Assembly: GCA_902586695.1 (NCBI GenBank)
Contig: CACIIL010000003.1
Location: forward strand, 1,639-65,638
Origin: an uncultured Alphaproteobacteria bacterium
GTDB lineage: Bacteria; Pseudomonadota; Alphaproteobacteria; HIMB59; GCA-002718135
Direction of reading: 5' to 3'
DNA length: 64,000 nucleotides
Position numbers and translations under genes: made by a program. Below are positions 17,853 through 26,899 of this stretch, piece after piece (within the stretch, counting starts at the first letter, position 1; every line of letters begins with the position of its first letter). Under the pieces are notes generated by a model. That model worked only from the letters and a program-made list of their open reading frames with translations. It made no database searches and was not told the DNA's origin.

Positions 17853-19055
17853 TTATGTAAACGCAGGTGTTTCATTTCTTCTTGGATTGTTAAAAAATTG
17901 CTTTTTAACCACTTTACATTCAGCCCAAATTTTTCTGTAATCCAGCTCTTCTGGATGATAAATTTCAGCATAAACATTTGATCCTAATTTATAATGTTCT
18001 TTGCTAACAAATCCAATCGCAATATTAGATTTTAGGACAGGGGACCACATTGCAGCTGTCACTATACCAATTTCTTTGGCTTGATTTTTTTTACTATTAT
18101 CGTAGAGTACAGAACCAACGGCAGGTTTATCTCCTTCAATATCTAATCCCACGAGTTTTTTTTCAGGACCTTTTTCTTTGTGTCTAATTAATGCCTGTTT
18201 TCCAGTAAAATACTCTTTATTTAGATTTACTAACCAGCCCAAACCTAATTCATAGGGGTTTCTCATTCTATTGGGTCTTAAAGCTTGTTCCGCAGACATA
18301 AAATCTACATTAGGTTGGATAAAACCAGCTTCAATTCTCACCATCTCAAGTGCATTCATTCCAGCTGCTAGTACTTTATAGTCTCTATTAAATTTAAATA
18401 AACTATCCCATACACCAATGGCTTGAGAAGGGTCACACCATATTTCATAACCTAAGTCTCCAGAAAAACCTGTTCTGGAAATTGTAACATTATGATTTTC
18501 AATATTATAATTATTAAAATGAAATGGTTTTAGGTTTTCTATATTTTCTACTTTTAATAAATTTAATATCTTACAAGATAATGGCCCTTGAAAAGCTAAA
18601 GCTGCAATTGATGGACTTATATCCTCAACACTTGCTTTAAATCCCGTAGCTGTGTCAGAAAACCAATTTAGATTTCGTTCTGCACAAAAAATTCTAAAAT
18701 GATTTTCATTAAAGCAAAATATTGTTCCATCATCAATTACCATTCCATCTTCATTGCACCATATGCCATAGACAACTTGGTTTGATTGAATATTAGTAAT
18801 ATCTTTTGTGATTAATTTATTAATAAACTTTTTAGCATCCTCACCTTTGATATCATATTTATGCATAGGAGTAATATCAATTACCCCAGCTGTATTTCTC
18901 ATTGAAGTATATTCAAGTTCTGTTGATGAGTACTCTTTAGCAACTTTATAACCAGCCCATCTATACCAATCATTTGCATAACAATGCTCAGATGTTCTTT
19001 CGTGAAAAGGTGTCTCTAAGAGAGGTTTTTTGTATGATATTTTTGATGTATTCAT
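17853..19055 (-). CDS. Aminomethyltransferase-family (GcvT/DmdA-like) folate-binding protein, stand-alone
   Basis: 400 aa with TPFHERT, EYTSMRNTAGVIDITP, SRTGFSGDLGYEIW and VRIEAGF, all typical of the GcvT fold. Its start overlaps the upstream flavoprotein's stop by 1 nt (TAATG). Confidence 0.75.
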   Translation of the reverse strand: MNTSKISYKKPLLETPFHERTSEHCYANDWYRWAGYKVAKEYSSTELEYTSMRNTAGVIDITPMHKYDIKGEDAKKFINKLITKDITNIQSNQVVYGIWCNEDGMVIDDGTIFCFNENHFRIFCAERNLNWFSDTATGFKASVEDISPSIAALAFQGPLSCKILNLLKVENIENLKPFHFNNYNIENHNVTISRTGFSGDLGYEIWCDPSQAIGVWDSLFKFNRDYKVLAAGMNALEMVRIEAGFIQPNVDFMSAEQALRPNRMRNPYELGLGWLVNLNKEYFTGKQALIRHKEKGPEKKLVGLDIEGDKPAVGSVLYDNSKKNQAKEIGIVTAAMWSPVLKSNIAIGFVSKEHYKLGSNVYAEIYHPEELDYRKIWAECKVVKKQFFNNPRRNETPAFT

Positions 19056-20521
19056 TATTTTAAATCCTCTATTACTTTTTTTGCAGCATTAAGACCGTTG
19101 ATACCTGTTAATCCTCCTCCAGGATGGGTTCCTGCACCACATAAATATAAACCATTTATAGGTGTAGAATATTGAGCTGATCCATAAAAAGGTCTCATCA
19201 TTAATAATTGATCTATTTCTAAATCACCGTGATGCCAATGCCCTCCTGCTATATTAAACTTTTCTTCCATTTTATTGGGAGTGATGAGTTTTTGTTTTAC
19301 TATTTTCATATCTGGAATAAATTTACTTAAAACTGAAACACATCTTTCAATTATTTCATTTTCTTGATGATTAGTATTAATTAAATACGGAACATAATAA
19401 ACATTAGCTGATAAGGTTTTTTGATTAACGTAAAACTCAAGGCATGGATTTTCAGAATATTTGTTATATTTATTAGCATTAAATGCATGTTCTATGTACT
19501 TAATACCAGGAGCATAAATAAACTTTCCGTTCATTTTTTTATCAATATTATTAATGTTAATTTCATTTTCTAACTCTAATTCAAGCTTAGCAACATTTCC
19601 TTTATTTCTAAAATTTTTAGTTCTTCTAATAAAATCAGTATCTAGGATTTCTGCACCTAATAAATTTAAATAAGTTGTTTTAGGGTCAGCATTAGACATT
19701 ACATATTTTGATTCAAAAACCTCACCATTTGTTAATTGAACGCCAGTGACAGAGTTATTTTGAGTTAATATTTTTTTAACTTCAGAGGATTTAATGATTT
19801 CAACAGTATTTTTATTACAGCAATCTTCTAACTGATTAATATATTCTGCAACTTCTATTTTGTTTAAATTAAAAATATTGTCATTGATAGCTTGTTTATA
19901 AAGTAAAGTTAATATTGAGCCTGGAGATCTTGGACCTAGGTTTGTTCCTAAAACAGCTTCATGGGATAATAGACCCATTAGATTATTGCTATTTAAATTA
20001 TCTTCTAAGTCATCTGCGATATTTAAACCAATTACTCTTAATAGTTCACGCATATTTTTTTTACCTAATTTTCTAATTTTCCATCCCATAGAAATTAATT
20101 GAAATAAGTCAGCTCTTTTACCTGATTTAACTCTTGGTGGTTTTTGAAACATAAATGCACCAAGAGTTTTTGAAAAGAATTTGTAGTTATTGATAATTGA
20201 CAAGAATTTCTTTTGATCATTTTCATCAGCATTTGTTTGAACAAAAGATAATTTGCCATTTTTATCTGACAAAATTGTATGATTTTGATTATCCTCTAGT
20301 GATATAATATTATTTGAATGATTAATATTATTAACATTAATCCCTAATTCTTTTTTAATGATTGGTGAGATACAGTTTATTGATTCTGCATATTCCGCTA
20401 ATCCTCCAACGTTTTCGTTTTTTTCAATTACCAAAACTTTTTTTCCTTTTTTTGATAAGTATGAAGATGCAACTAATCCATTGTGACCTCCACCAATTAT
20501 TATGACATCAAATTTTTTCAT
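19055..20521 (-). CDS. FAD/NAD(P)-dependent oxidoreductase, CrtI/PYROXD2-like (divergent paralogue)
   Basis: 488 aa with DVIIIGGGHNGLVASSYL and the C-terminal GLYLCGAGTHPGGGLTGINGLNAAK. It overlaps the upstream paralogue by 4 nt (ATGA). Confidence 0.75.
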   Translation of the reverse strand: MKKFDVIIIGGGHNGLVASSYLSKKGKKVLVIEKNENVGGLAEYAESINCISPIIKKELGINVNNINHSNNIISLEDNQNHTILSDKNGKLSFVQTNADENDQKKFLSIINNYKFFSKTLGAFMFQKPPRVKSGKRADLFQLISMGWKIRKLGKKNMRELLRVIGLNIADDLEDNLNSNNLMGLLSHEAVLGTNLGPRSPGSILTLLYKQAINDNIFNLNKIEVAEYINQLEDCCNKNTVEIIKSSEVKKILTQNNSVTGVQLTNGEVFESKYVMSNADPKTTYLNLLGAEILDTDFIRRTKNFRNKGNVAKLELELENEININNIDKKMNGKFIYAPGIKYIEHAFNANKYNKYSENPCLEFYVNQKTLSANVYYVPYLINTNHQENEIIERCVSVLSKFIPDMKIVKQKLITPNKMEEKFNIAGGHWHHGDLEIDQLLMMRPFYGSAQYSTPINGLYLCGAGTHPGGGLTGINGLNAAKKVIEDLK

Positions 20522-22146
20522 ATGTAATGTGTTGATATTTTCATCTTTAAATCTTTTAATATTTCTCTTGCTGCATTAGCTCCAGGTGCACCCATAACAC
20601 CTCCGCCAGGATGTGTGCTTGATCCGCACATATATAGATTTTTGATCGGTGTCTTATATTGAGCATAACCAGGTACTGGACGATTAAACATTAATTGGTC
20701 CATGGTTAGTTCACCTTGGAATATATTGCCTTCAGTTAAACCAACCTCAGCTTCTATTTCTTTAGGAGTTCTAATTTCTGCATGATTGATAATATCATTA
20801 AAGTTTGTGGAGTAATTGCCAATTCTATTCATTACATGTTTACCAAATTCAAGACGTTTCTCCTCAGTCCAACCTCCATTAGCTAAATTGTAGGGTACAT
20901 ATTGAATAAATACAGACATATAATGTTTTCCTTGTGGTGCCATAGTTGGATCATTGATGCTTGGAATGCACATATCAACATAAGGAAATTGTGACCACTT
21001 ACCATCCTTCCAATCATCGTAAGCTCCTTCCATCTCTTCTATGTTTTGCGTTATATGCAGATCACCAGTGCCAGCAGGATCACCAACTGGAATACTCTTC
21101 CAAATAGGAAGATCATCAAGAGCAATATTTAATTTTCCTGATGAGCCTCTAATTTTAAAATTTTTAACAGCTTTATAAAAATCACTAGGTAATTCTTTTT
21201 CTTCTACAACTTTTAAAAAAGTTCTTTTTACATCAAGGTTAGAAACTATTTTATCTGCATAAATTTCATCACCATTCTCAAGAACAAGTCCGTAACTTTT
21301 GTTATTTTTGATAAGAATCTGACTTACTGGTGAACCAGCTTTTATTTCACCATTGTTTGATTTTAAAGATGACGCCATAGCTTTTGTAATCGAGCCCATT
21401 CCTCCTCTGGAATAACCCCAAGCTCCAACAGTCCCATCTACTTCTCCCATGTAATGATGTAATAATACATAAGCTGATCCAGGGGAATAAGGCCCAAGCG
21501 CTGTACCTATTATTGCAGATCCTGCTAAATGTACTTTTACTATATCTGATTCAAAATATTCTTCTAAATAATCTCTTACGCTCATTGTCCAAAATCTTAT
21601 GGTGTCGTAAATTTCTTTTTCACCCAAACCACCAAGCTCATCTTTAGCTGCAAAGTATTTTGCAAATTCAAAAAGACCCATAATATCTTTTGGTTTAAAA
21701 GAAGTAGGGTCAGGAGGAGTCATTTTTAAAAGAGGTTTGATAATTTTGCACTGCCTCATTACATCTTTGCCAAACCTATCATAAGCTTCAGCATCTTTTT
21801 TTGAAAATTGAGCGATAGATCTGTAAGTTAAATCATGATCTTGATAATGTGCATAAAATCTACCATCATTAAGCATACTCGCACTACCTTCATAAGGTAT
21901 AATTTGAAGCCCATGATTTGATAATTCTAAATCTCTAAATATCTCAGGTCTTAATAAGCTGCAAACATATGAGCAATTAGAATAAGTCCAACCTGGATGC
22001 AATTCTCTGCTAACAGCTGCGCCTCCAACATATTCATGTCGTTCCACAACAATGACTTTGAGACCCGCCTTAGCCAAATAACAAGCTGTGGTTAATCCAT
22101 TATGACCACCACCAATTATAGCAACATCATATTTAGTTTTGTTCAT
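20518..22146 (-). CDS. FAD/NAD(P)-dependent oxidoreductase, PYROXD2-like (phytoene-desaturase superfamily)
   Basis: 542 aa, colinear with human PYROXD2 as I recall it: YDVAIIGGGHNGL, SYVCSLLRPEIFRDLEL, IAQFSKKDAEAY, GSAYVLLHHYMG, GAWGYSRGGMG, NIFQGELTMDQLMFNRPVPG, LYMCGSSTHPGGGVMGAPG. Confidence 0.75.
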   Translation of the reverse strand: MNKTKYDVAIIGGGHNGLTTACYLAKAGLKVIVVERHEYVGGAAVSRELHPGWTYSNCSYVCSLLRPEIFRDLELSNHGLQIIPYEGSASMLNDGRFYAHYQDHDLTYRSIAQFSKKDAEAYDRFGKDVMRQCKIIKPLLKMTPPDPTSFKPKDIMGLFEFAKYFAAKDELGGLGEKEIYDTIRFWTMSVRDYLEEYFESDIVKVHLAGSAIIGTALGPYSPGSAYVLLHHYMGEVDGTVGAWGYSRGGMGSITKAMASSLKSNNGEIKAGSPVSQILIKNNKSYGLVLENGDEIYADKIVSNLDVKRTFLKVVEEKELPSDFYKAVKNFKIRGSSGKLNIALDDLPIWKSIPVGDPAGTGDLHITQNIEEMEGAYDDWKDGKWSQFPYVDMCIPSINDPTMAPQGKHYMSVFIQYVPYNLANGGWTEEKRLEFGKHVMNRIGNYSTNFNDIINHAEIRTPKEIEAEVGLTEGNIFQGELTMDQLMFNRPVPGYAQYKTPIKNLYMCGSSTHPGGGVMGAPGANAAREILKDLKMKISTHYI

Positions 22147-22166
22147 TGTATTTTCTTATATTTCTT

Positions 22167-22180
22167 TGAATGAGCATTCA
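22167..22180. promoter_or_regulatory. Palindromic operator candidate TGAATGAGCATTCA (site 2) in the divergent tetR / flavoprotein-operon spacer
   Basis: The 14-mer is identical to site 1. It lies exactly 20 nt upstream of the minus-strand ATG at 22146 and 42 nt upstream of the TetR ATG. Confidence 0.65.
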
Positions 22181-22222
22181 ACCAAATTTCTTGTAAAATC
22201 AAGCTTTTTATGAAAAACTGTA

Positions 22223-22861
22223 ATGAATTTATTAAATATGAAACAAAGAAATCTTAGATCAGAAAATAAGAAAAATAGTAATTTAAAATTAATTTCTTCA
22301 ACAATTAAAAATTTATCAAAAAAAGGAATAAATGAATTAACTATGCATGATGTTTCGCAGGGAGCAGGCCTTTCCCAAGGTATAGTAAATTTTCATTTTA
22401 AAAGTAAGGAACTTTTATTAATAGAAACATTAAAGTATATTTCTAACGAGTATCTAGATTCATTTCAAAGAAGTATCGCAAAAAAAGGTAATGATCCAAG
22501 AAAAAAAATCATTGGAATTGTAGAAAATGATTTTAGTAAAAAAATTTGCACTAGAGAAAAAATTGCAGTGTGGTTTACTTTTTTTAGTGAAATTAAATAT
22601 AAACCCGCTTATCATCAAATTTGTAAAGAACGAGATATGTATTACCAATCTTTAACTGAAAATATATTTGATGAACTTATAAAAAAAGAAAAAGTGAAAT
22701 TATCTAAAAAAAATATTTCTAGAGGATTTCAAGCTTTGATTATGGGATTATGGTTGGATCAACTTGAAGATCCTGATACTTTTAACAGGATACAAGCAAA
22801 GAAAATATGTTTTGAGTTTATTAAATCTAATTTCCCCAAACAATTTAAGGGAATGTTTTAA
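22223..22861 (+). CDS. TetR-family transcriptional repressor, BetI-like
   Basis: HTH (LTMHDVSQGAGLSQGIVNFHFKSK). The effector-domain segments AVWFTFFSEIKYKPAY and ALIMGLWLD parallel E. coli BetI (KAWLAFWASSMHQP, ALIDGLWLR) as I recall it. Confidence 0.75.
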   Translation: MNLLNMKQRNLRSENKKNSNLKLISSTIKNLSKKGINELTMHDVSQGAGLSQGIVNFHFKSKELLLIETLKYISNEYLDSFQRSIAKKGNDPRKKIIGIVENDFSKKICTREKIAVWFTFFSEIKYKPAYHQICKERDMYYQSLTENIFDELIKKEKVKLSKKNISRGFQALIMGLWLDQLEDPDTFNRIQAKKICFEFIKSNFPKQFKGMF

Positions 22862-22863
22862 CA

Positions 22864-24042
22864 ATGTATAGCGGCATGACACCAAAAGCTTTGGAATGGC
22901 AATTAAAGATAAAAAAATTTGTTAATGATGAATTAATTCCTTGGGAGGTGCATGCAGAAAAAAATGAAGGTGAGTTACCCAAGGAAATTGAAAAAAAACA
23001 TCGGGAGATTGCTATTTCACTAGGTTTGCCGGGTATGGGTATTTCAAAAGAAAGCGGAGGCTTAGGATTAAATATGTTTGAACAGATGATAGTTTGGGAA
23101 CAATTAGGCCGAGTTACAAATGCATTATGCTGGTGTTTTTCAGAAGCTCAAGATTGGATGGAAAATAATTTTACTGATTATCAAAAAGAAAATTATTTTA
23201 GACCACTTTTAAACGGTACTAAAAAAGAATGTTATGCGATTACAGAAAAAGGCGCAGGTTCAGATGTGGAAGGCTCAATTGAAACAACAGCAGAAAAAAA
23301 GGGAGATCAATATATTATTAATGGCGAAAAATGGTATGTTACAAGTGCAAATCTAGCTGATTTTTTCTTTTTACAGGCAAAAATTAAATCTGGTTCAAAT
23401 GAGGGCAAGCATTCACTATTTATAATTGATAAGGATGAGAAAGGTATTGAGTTAATAGATAGCCCTAAGTTTAGTCATACATATGCTCATCATCATTCTA
23501 TTTATAGGTTTGATAATGTTTCAATTTCAGAAAAAAACATAATTGGTAATGAAGGTATTGGCATGGATTATACGCATTCCTGGTTTAGGCATGAAAGACT
23601 AGGTATAGCTGCAAGATGCTGTGGGGCTGCTCAAAGATTAATTGATGAAGCAACAATTTTTGCAAAAGAAAGAGAATCTTTTGGTGATAAAATTTCAAAC
23701 TATCAAGCTATACAATTCATGTTAGCAGATAGTGTAAATGAATTAGCTTCAACTAGATTGATGCTTTATGAGGTTTGTAAAGCTCATGATGCAAAACAAG
23801 ATGTAAAAATTTTACATGGAAAATGTTCTATGATTAAATTACTTGCATCTGAAATGGCTAATAGAATTGCTGATCGTGCAGTGCAGATTTTTGGTGGAAG
23901 AGGATATATGAGAGAAAATGTTGCAGAGCGTTATTATAGAGAATTAAGAGTGGACCGTATTTGGGAAGGAACAAGTGAAATTCATAGAATTATTATTGCA
24001 AATTCTCTTTATAAAAGAGGTTTGAAATCTTTAATTGAATAA
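22864..24042 (+). CDS. Acyl-CoA dehydrogenase (second copy)
   Basis: 392 aa with TEKGAGSD, FGDKISNYQAIQF and the C-terminal IWEGTSEIHRIIIAN. Confidence 0.85.
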   Translation: MYSGMTPKALEWQLKIKKFVNDELIPWEVHAEKNEGELPKEIEKKHREIAISLGLPGMGISKESGGLGLNMFEQMIVWEQLGRVTNALCWCFSEAQDWMENNFTDYQKENYFRPLLNGTKKECYAITEKGAGSDVEGSIETTAEKKGDQYIINGEKWYVTSANLADFFFLQAKIKSGSNEGKHSLFIIDKDEKGIELIDSPKFSHTYAHHHSIYRFDNVSISEKNIIGNEGIGMDYTHSWFRHERLGIAARCCGAAQRLIDEATIFAKERESFGDKISNYQAIQFMLADSVNELASTRLMLYEVCKAHDAKQDVKILHGKCSMIKLLASEMANRIADRAVQIFGGRGYMRENVAERYYRELRVDRIWEGTSEIHRIIIANSLYKRGLKSLIE

Positions 24043-24063
24043 ATAGGGAGCTGAAAAAAAATT

Positions 24064-24948
24064 ATGATAGGTTATTGGAAAAAAGTTTATGCAAAAAATG
24101 ATAATGTTAAAGCCTATACTTTATTATCACCCGCTCTAATTTTAATTATTTTGGCTATGGTTGTGCCAATGGCACTAATGTTGAGCTTTAGTATGTTTAC
24201 TCAAGTTAACATGATGGAGATAGATTATACTTTTACATTTCAAAGATATATTGATTTCTTTCAAAAAAATTTGCTGGTCACACTTCTCATAAAGTCTATC
24301 AAAATATCATTTTTAGTAACTTTAATTACACTGATCACAGCATACCCAGTTTGTTATTACATCGCTTTTTATGTCAAAAAAAACAAAATGTTGTGGCTTG
24401 TTTTACTCACTTTGCCTTTTTGGACATCTTATTTACTAAGAGTATTCTCTTGGAAGATTATTCTTGGAACAAAAGGAGTTATAAACTCTTCATTGATCAA
24501 CGCTGGAATTCTCAGCGAACCTCTTACATTTCTTATGTATTCAGAAACCGCGGTAGTTATTACGCTTACTCACGCATGGGCAGCATTTGCATTACTACCT
24601 TTATATGTTTCGTTAGAAAAAATTGACTTTTCGTTTATTGAAGCAGGAAGAGATCTTGGACTCTCTCGATTTGAAGTTTTTTGGAAAATTACATTTCCAT
24701 TATCTTTACCTGGTGTAATAGGAGCGATATTAATCATATTCATTCCTACAGTAGGTGATTATGTCACTCCAGCCTTACTTGGAGGAACTGATGGTCGTAT
24801 GCTTTCGAATATGATCCAGGCTTACTTTGGAAAAATAAATAATATTCCTCTTGGCGCAGCTTCAGCTACAATTATGTTAACAACTGTTATACTCATAACA
24901 ATAATTGTGTCGAATGTAACAAAAAGACTTACACAAAGGTTAACTTAA
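24064..24948 (+). CDS. ABC transporter permease, PotB-like
   Basis: 294 aa, 6 TM segments, EAA loop IEAGRDLGLSRFEVFWKITFPLSLPG. Confidence 0.8.
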   Translation: MIGYWKKVYAKNDNVKAYTLLSPALILIILAMVVPMALMLSFSMFTQVNMMEIDYTFTFQRYIDFFQKNLLVTLLIKSIKISFLVTLITLITAYPVCYYIAFYVKKNKMLWLVLLTLPFWTSYLLRVFSWKIILGTKGVINSSLINAGILSEPLTFLMYSETAVVITLTHAWAAFALLPLYVSLEKIDFSFIEAGRDLGLSRFEVFWKITFPLSLPGVIGAILIIFIPTVGDYVTPALLGGTDGRMLSNMIQAYFGKINNIPLGAASATIMLTTVILITIIVSNVTKRLTQRLT

Positions 24949-24950
24949 AA

Positions 24951-25760
24951 ATGAACGAAAAAAATAATACATTACTGATTTATACCCTTCTTTATTTTGT
25001 ATTTCTTTATGTGCCAGTTTTATTCTTACCTATATTTAGTTTTAACGATGCAAATTATATGTCATTCCCTCTCGCTGGATTTACAACGGAGCACTATGAA
25101 GAGATGTGGTCAAAAAGAAATCTACATAAGGCTCTATGGGCAAGTATAAAAGTAGGAGTTGTTGCGAGTGTCATTAGTACAACAATTGCACTATTTGCAG
25201 CAAAGGCATTTGCTCGATATAAATTTAGAGGGGAAAAGATTTCTTATGGAGGTATTATGATGCCATTTTTGATACCTGAAATTATCTTGGCTGTAGCTAT
25301 ACTGATAATTTGGATCAATCTTGGATTTAAATTAGGGCTAGTCCCAGTAACAATTGGCCATACTTTATTTTGTACACCTTTTGCAATGTTAATACTTATA
25401 GCCCGTATTGAAGGTTTTGATTTTTCACTTGAAGAGGCCTCTAGGGATTTAGGAGAGAATGCTTGGGGAACATTTTTTAGAGTTTCTTTTCCATTGTATT
25501 TACCTGGAATAGTTGCAGCTCTTCTTCTTAGTTTCATAATTTCTTTTGATGAATTTATTCTTGCATTTTTTTTAACTGGAAGTGACGCAACGTTACCTAT
25601 GTATATGTGGGGTCAAATGAGATTTGTTCAGAAGTTACCTCATGTACTGGCTTTAGGAGCAGTAATTATTGTTTTTACTACGTTTATTGTTTTGTTAGCA
25701 TTCTGGTTAAGAAATGTTGGACAAGGTAAAGCAAAGAAAGATATAGCTTTAAAATTATAA
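24951..25760 (+). CDS. ABC transporter permease, PotC-like
   Basis: 269 aa, EAA loop EEASRDLGENAWGTFFRVSFPLYLPG. Confidence 0.8.
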   Translation: MNEKNNTLLIYTLLYFVFLYVPVLFLPIFSFNDANYMSFPLAGFTTEHYEEMWSKRNLHKALWASIKVGVVASVISTTIALFAAKAFARYKFRGEKISYGGIMMPFLIPEIILAVAILIIWINLGFKLGLVPVTIGHTLFCTPFAMLILIARIEGFDFSLEEASRDLGENAWGTFFRVSFPLYLPGIVAALLLSFIISFDEFILAFFLTGSDATLPMYMWGQMRFVQKLPHVLALGAVIIVFTTFIVLLAFWLRNVGQGKAKKDIALKL

Positions 25761-25766
25761 AAAATT

Positions 25767-26849
25767 ATGAGCAATTCATTTATACAAATCAATAATATTT
25801 CAAAACATTTTAAAGATGTAAAGGCAGTTGATGATGTTTCATTTGAGATTAAAGAAGGTGAATTTTTTTCACTTTTAGGACCTTCTGGATGTGGAAAAAC
25901 AACATTGTTGAGGTTATTGGCAGGATTTGAATATCCAACTTCTGGAAATCTATTAATTGATGGGATAGATATTACTGCATTACCTCCAGACAAAAGACCT
26001 ACAAATATGGTTTTTCAAAACTATGCAATTTTTCCTCATCTTAATGTTGAAAAAAATATTAAATTTGGACTAAGAAAACTTGGCTTAAGTCATGATGAGA
26101 TAGGTAATAGAGTTAAAGATGTTCTTAAATTAGTAAAGCTTGAGGGCTATGAAGAAAGGTTTAGCAATCAACTATCTGGTGGTCAAAGACAGCGTGTTGC
26201 TCTTGCTAGAGCTTTAGTAAGGCAACCAAAAGTTCTATTATTAGATGAACCTCTAGGTGCTTTAGATAAAAAACTAAGAGATGAAATGCAATTAGAATTA
26301 AGAACTCTTCAAAAAAATATTGGAATTACTTTTGTATTTGTCACTCATGATCAACAAGAAGCCATAAGTATGTCAGACAGAGTTGCAGTTATGAATGATG
26401 GAAAAATTCAACAATTATCAGCACCCAACGAACTTTATAAGAATCCAAAAAATATATTTGTAAGTGATTTTATAGGTGAAACAAATTTTCTTAAAGCTGA
26501 GACTAAATCAAGTGATGGAGGATTCATCAATGTTTCAATCGAAGAATTGGGAGAATTTAAAATTAAAAATAATTTAAATATCGCAGCAAATTCTTCTGAT
26601 GTTGTTTGTAGTGTTCGCCCAGAATCTATGATGATTTCAAACGTGAAATCCGATTGGGATATTTGTCTTGATGCTAAGATTAGACAGACTTCATATTTAG
26701 GAGAAATGACTAGATTTTACGTTGAAGTTAAAGGAATAGATAAGACTATCACTGTTTCTTCACAACATTTTGACAACCAATCTTTTGAAAATAACGAGTG
26801 TTTTATAAGTATTAGTTTAGAAGATATTTCTTTATTGAATAAAAAATAG
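25767..26849 (+). CDS. ABC transporter ATP-binding protein, PotA-like
   Basis: Walker A GPSGCGKTT, signature LSGGQRQRVALARAL, Walker B LLLDEPLGALD and a C-terminal TOBE-like domain. Confidence 0.85.
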   Translation: MSNSFIQINNISKHFKDVKAVDDVSFEIKEGEFFSLLGPSGCGKTTLLRLLAGFEYPTSGNLLIDGIDITALPPDKRPTNMVFQNYAIFPHLNVEKNIKFGLRKLGLSHDEIGNRVKDVLKLVKLEGYEERFSNQLSGGQRQRVALARALVRQPKVLLLDEPLGALDKKLRDEMQLELRTLQKNIGITFVFVTHDQQEAISMSDRVAVMNDGKIQQLSAPNELYKNPKNIFVSDFIGETNFLKAETKSSDGGFINVSIEELGEFKIKNNLNIAANSSDVVCSVRPESMMISNVKSDWDICLDAKIRQTSYLGEMTRFYVEVKGIDKTITVSSQHFDNQSFENNECFISISLEDISLLNKK

Positions 26850-26874
26850 CCAGTCCTCAAAAAGAGAACAGGCT
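26848..26874 (-). terminator. Imperfect hairpin plus T-run; terminator of the binding-protein gene, overlapping the potA-like stop codon
   Basis: AGCCAGTCCTC-aaaaa-GAGAACAGGCT pairs at 9 of 11 positions. On the minus strand it is followed by TTTTTT. Confidence 0.5.
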
Positions 26875-26899
26875 ATTTAGATATTGAACTAAACTTTGA

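Noticed and set aside
24351-24626. A same-strand alternative-frame ORF (91 aa) inside the PotB-like permease gene.
   Set aside because: It has no motif support. It lies wholly within a well-supported membrane-protein frame and is most simply a chance open frame.
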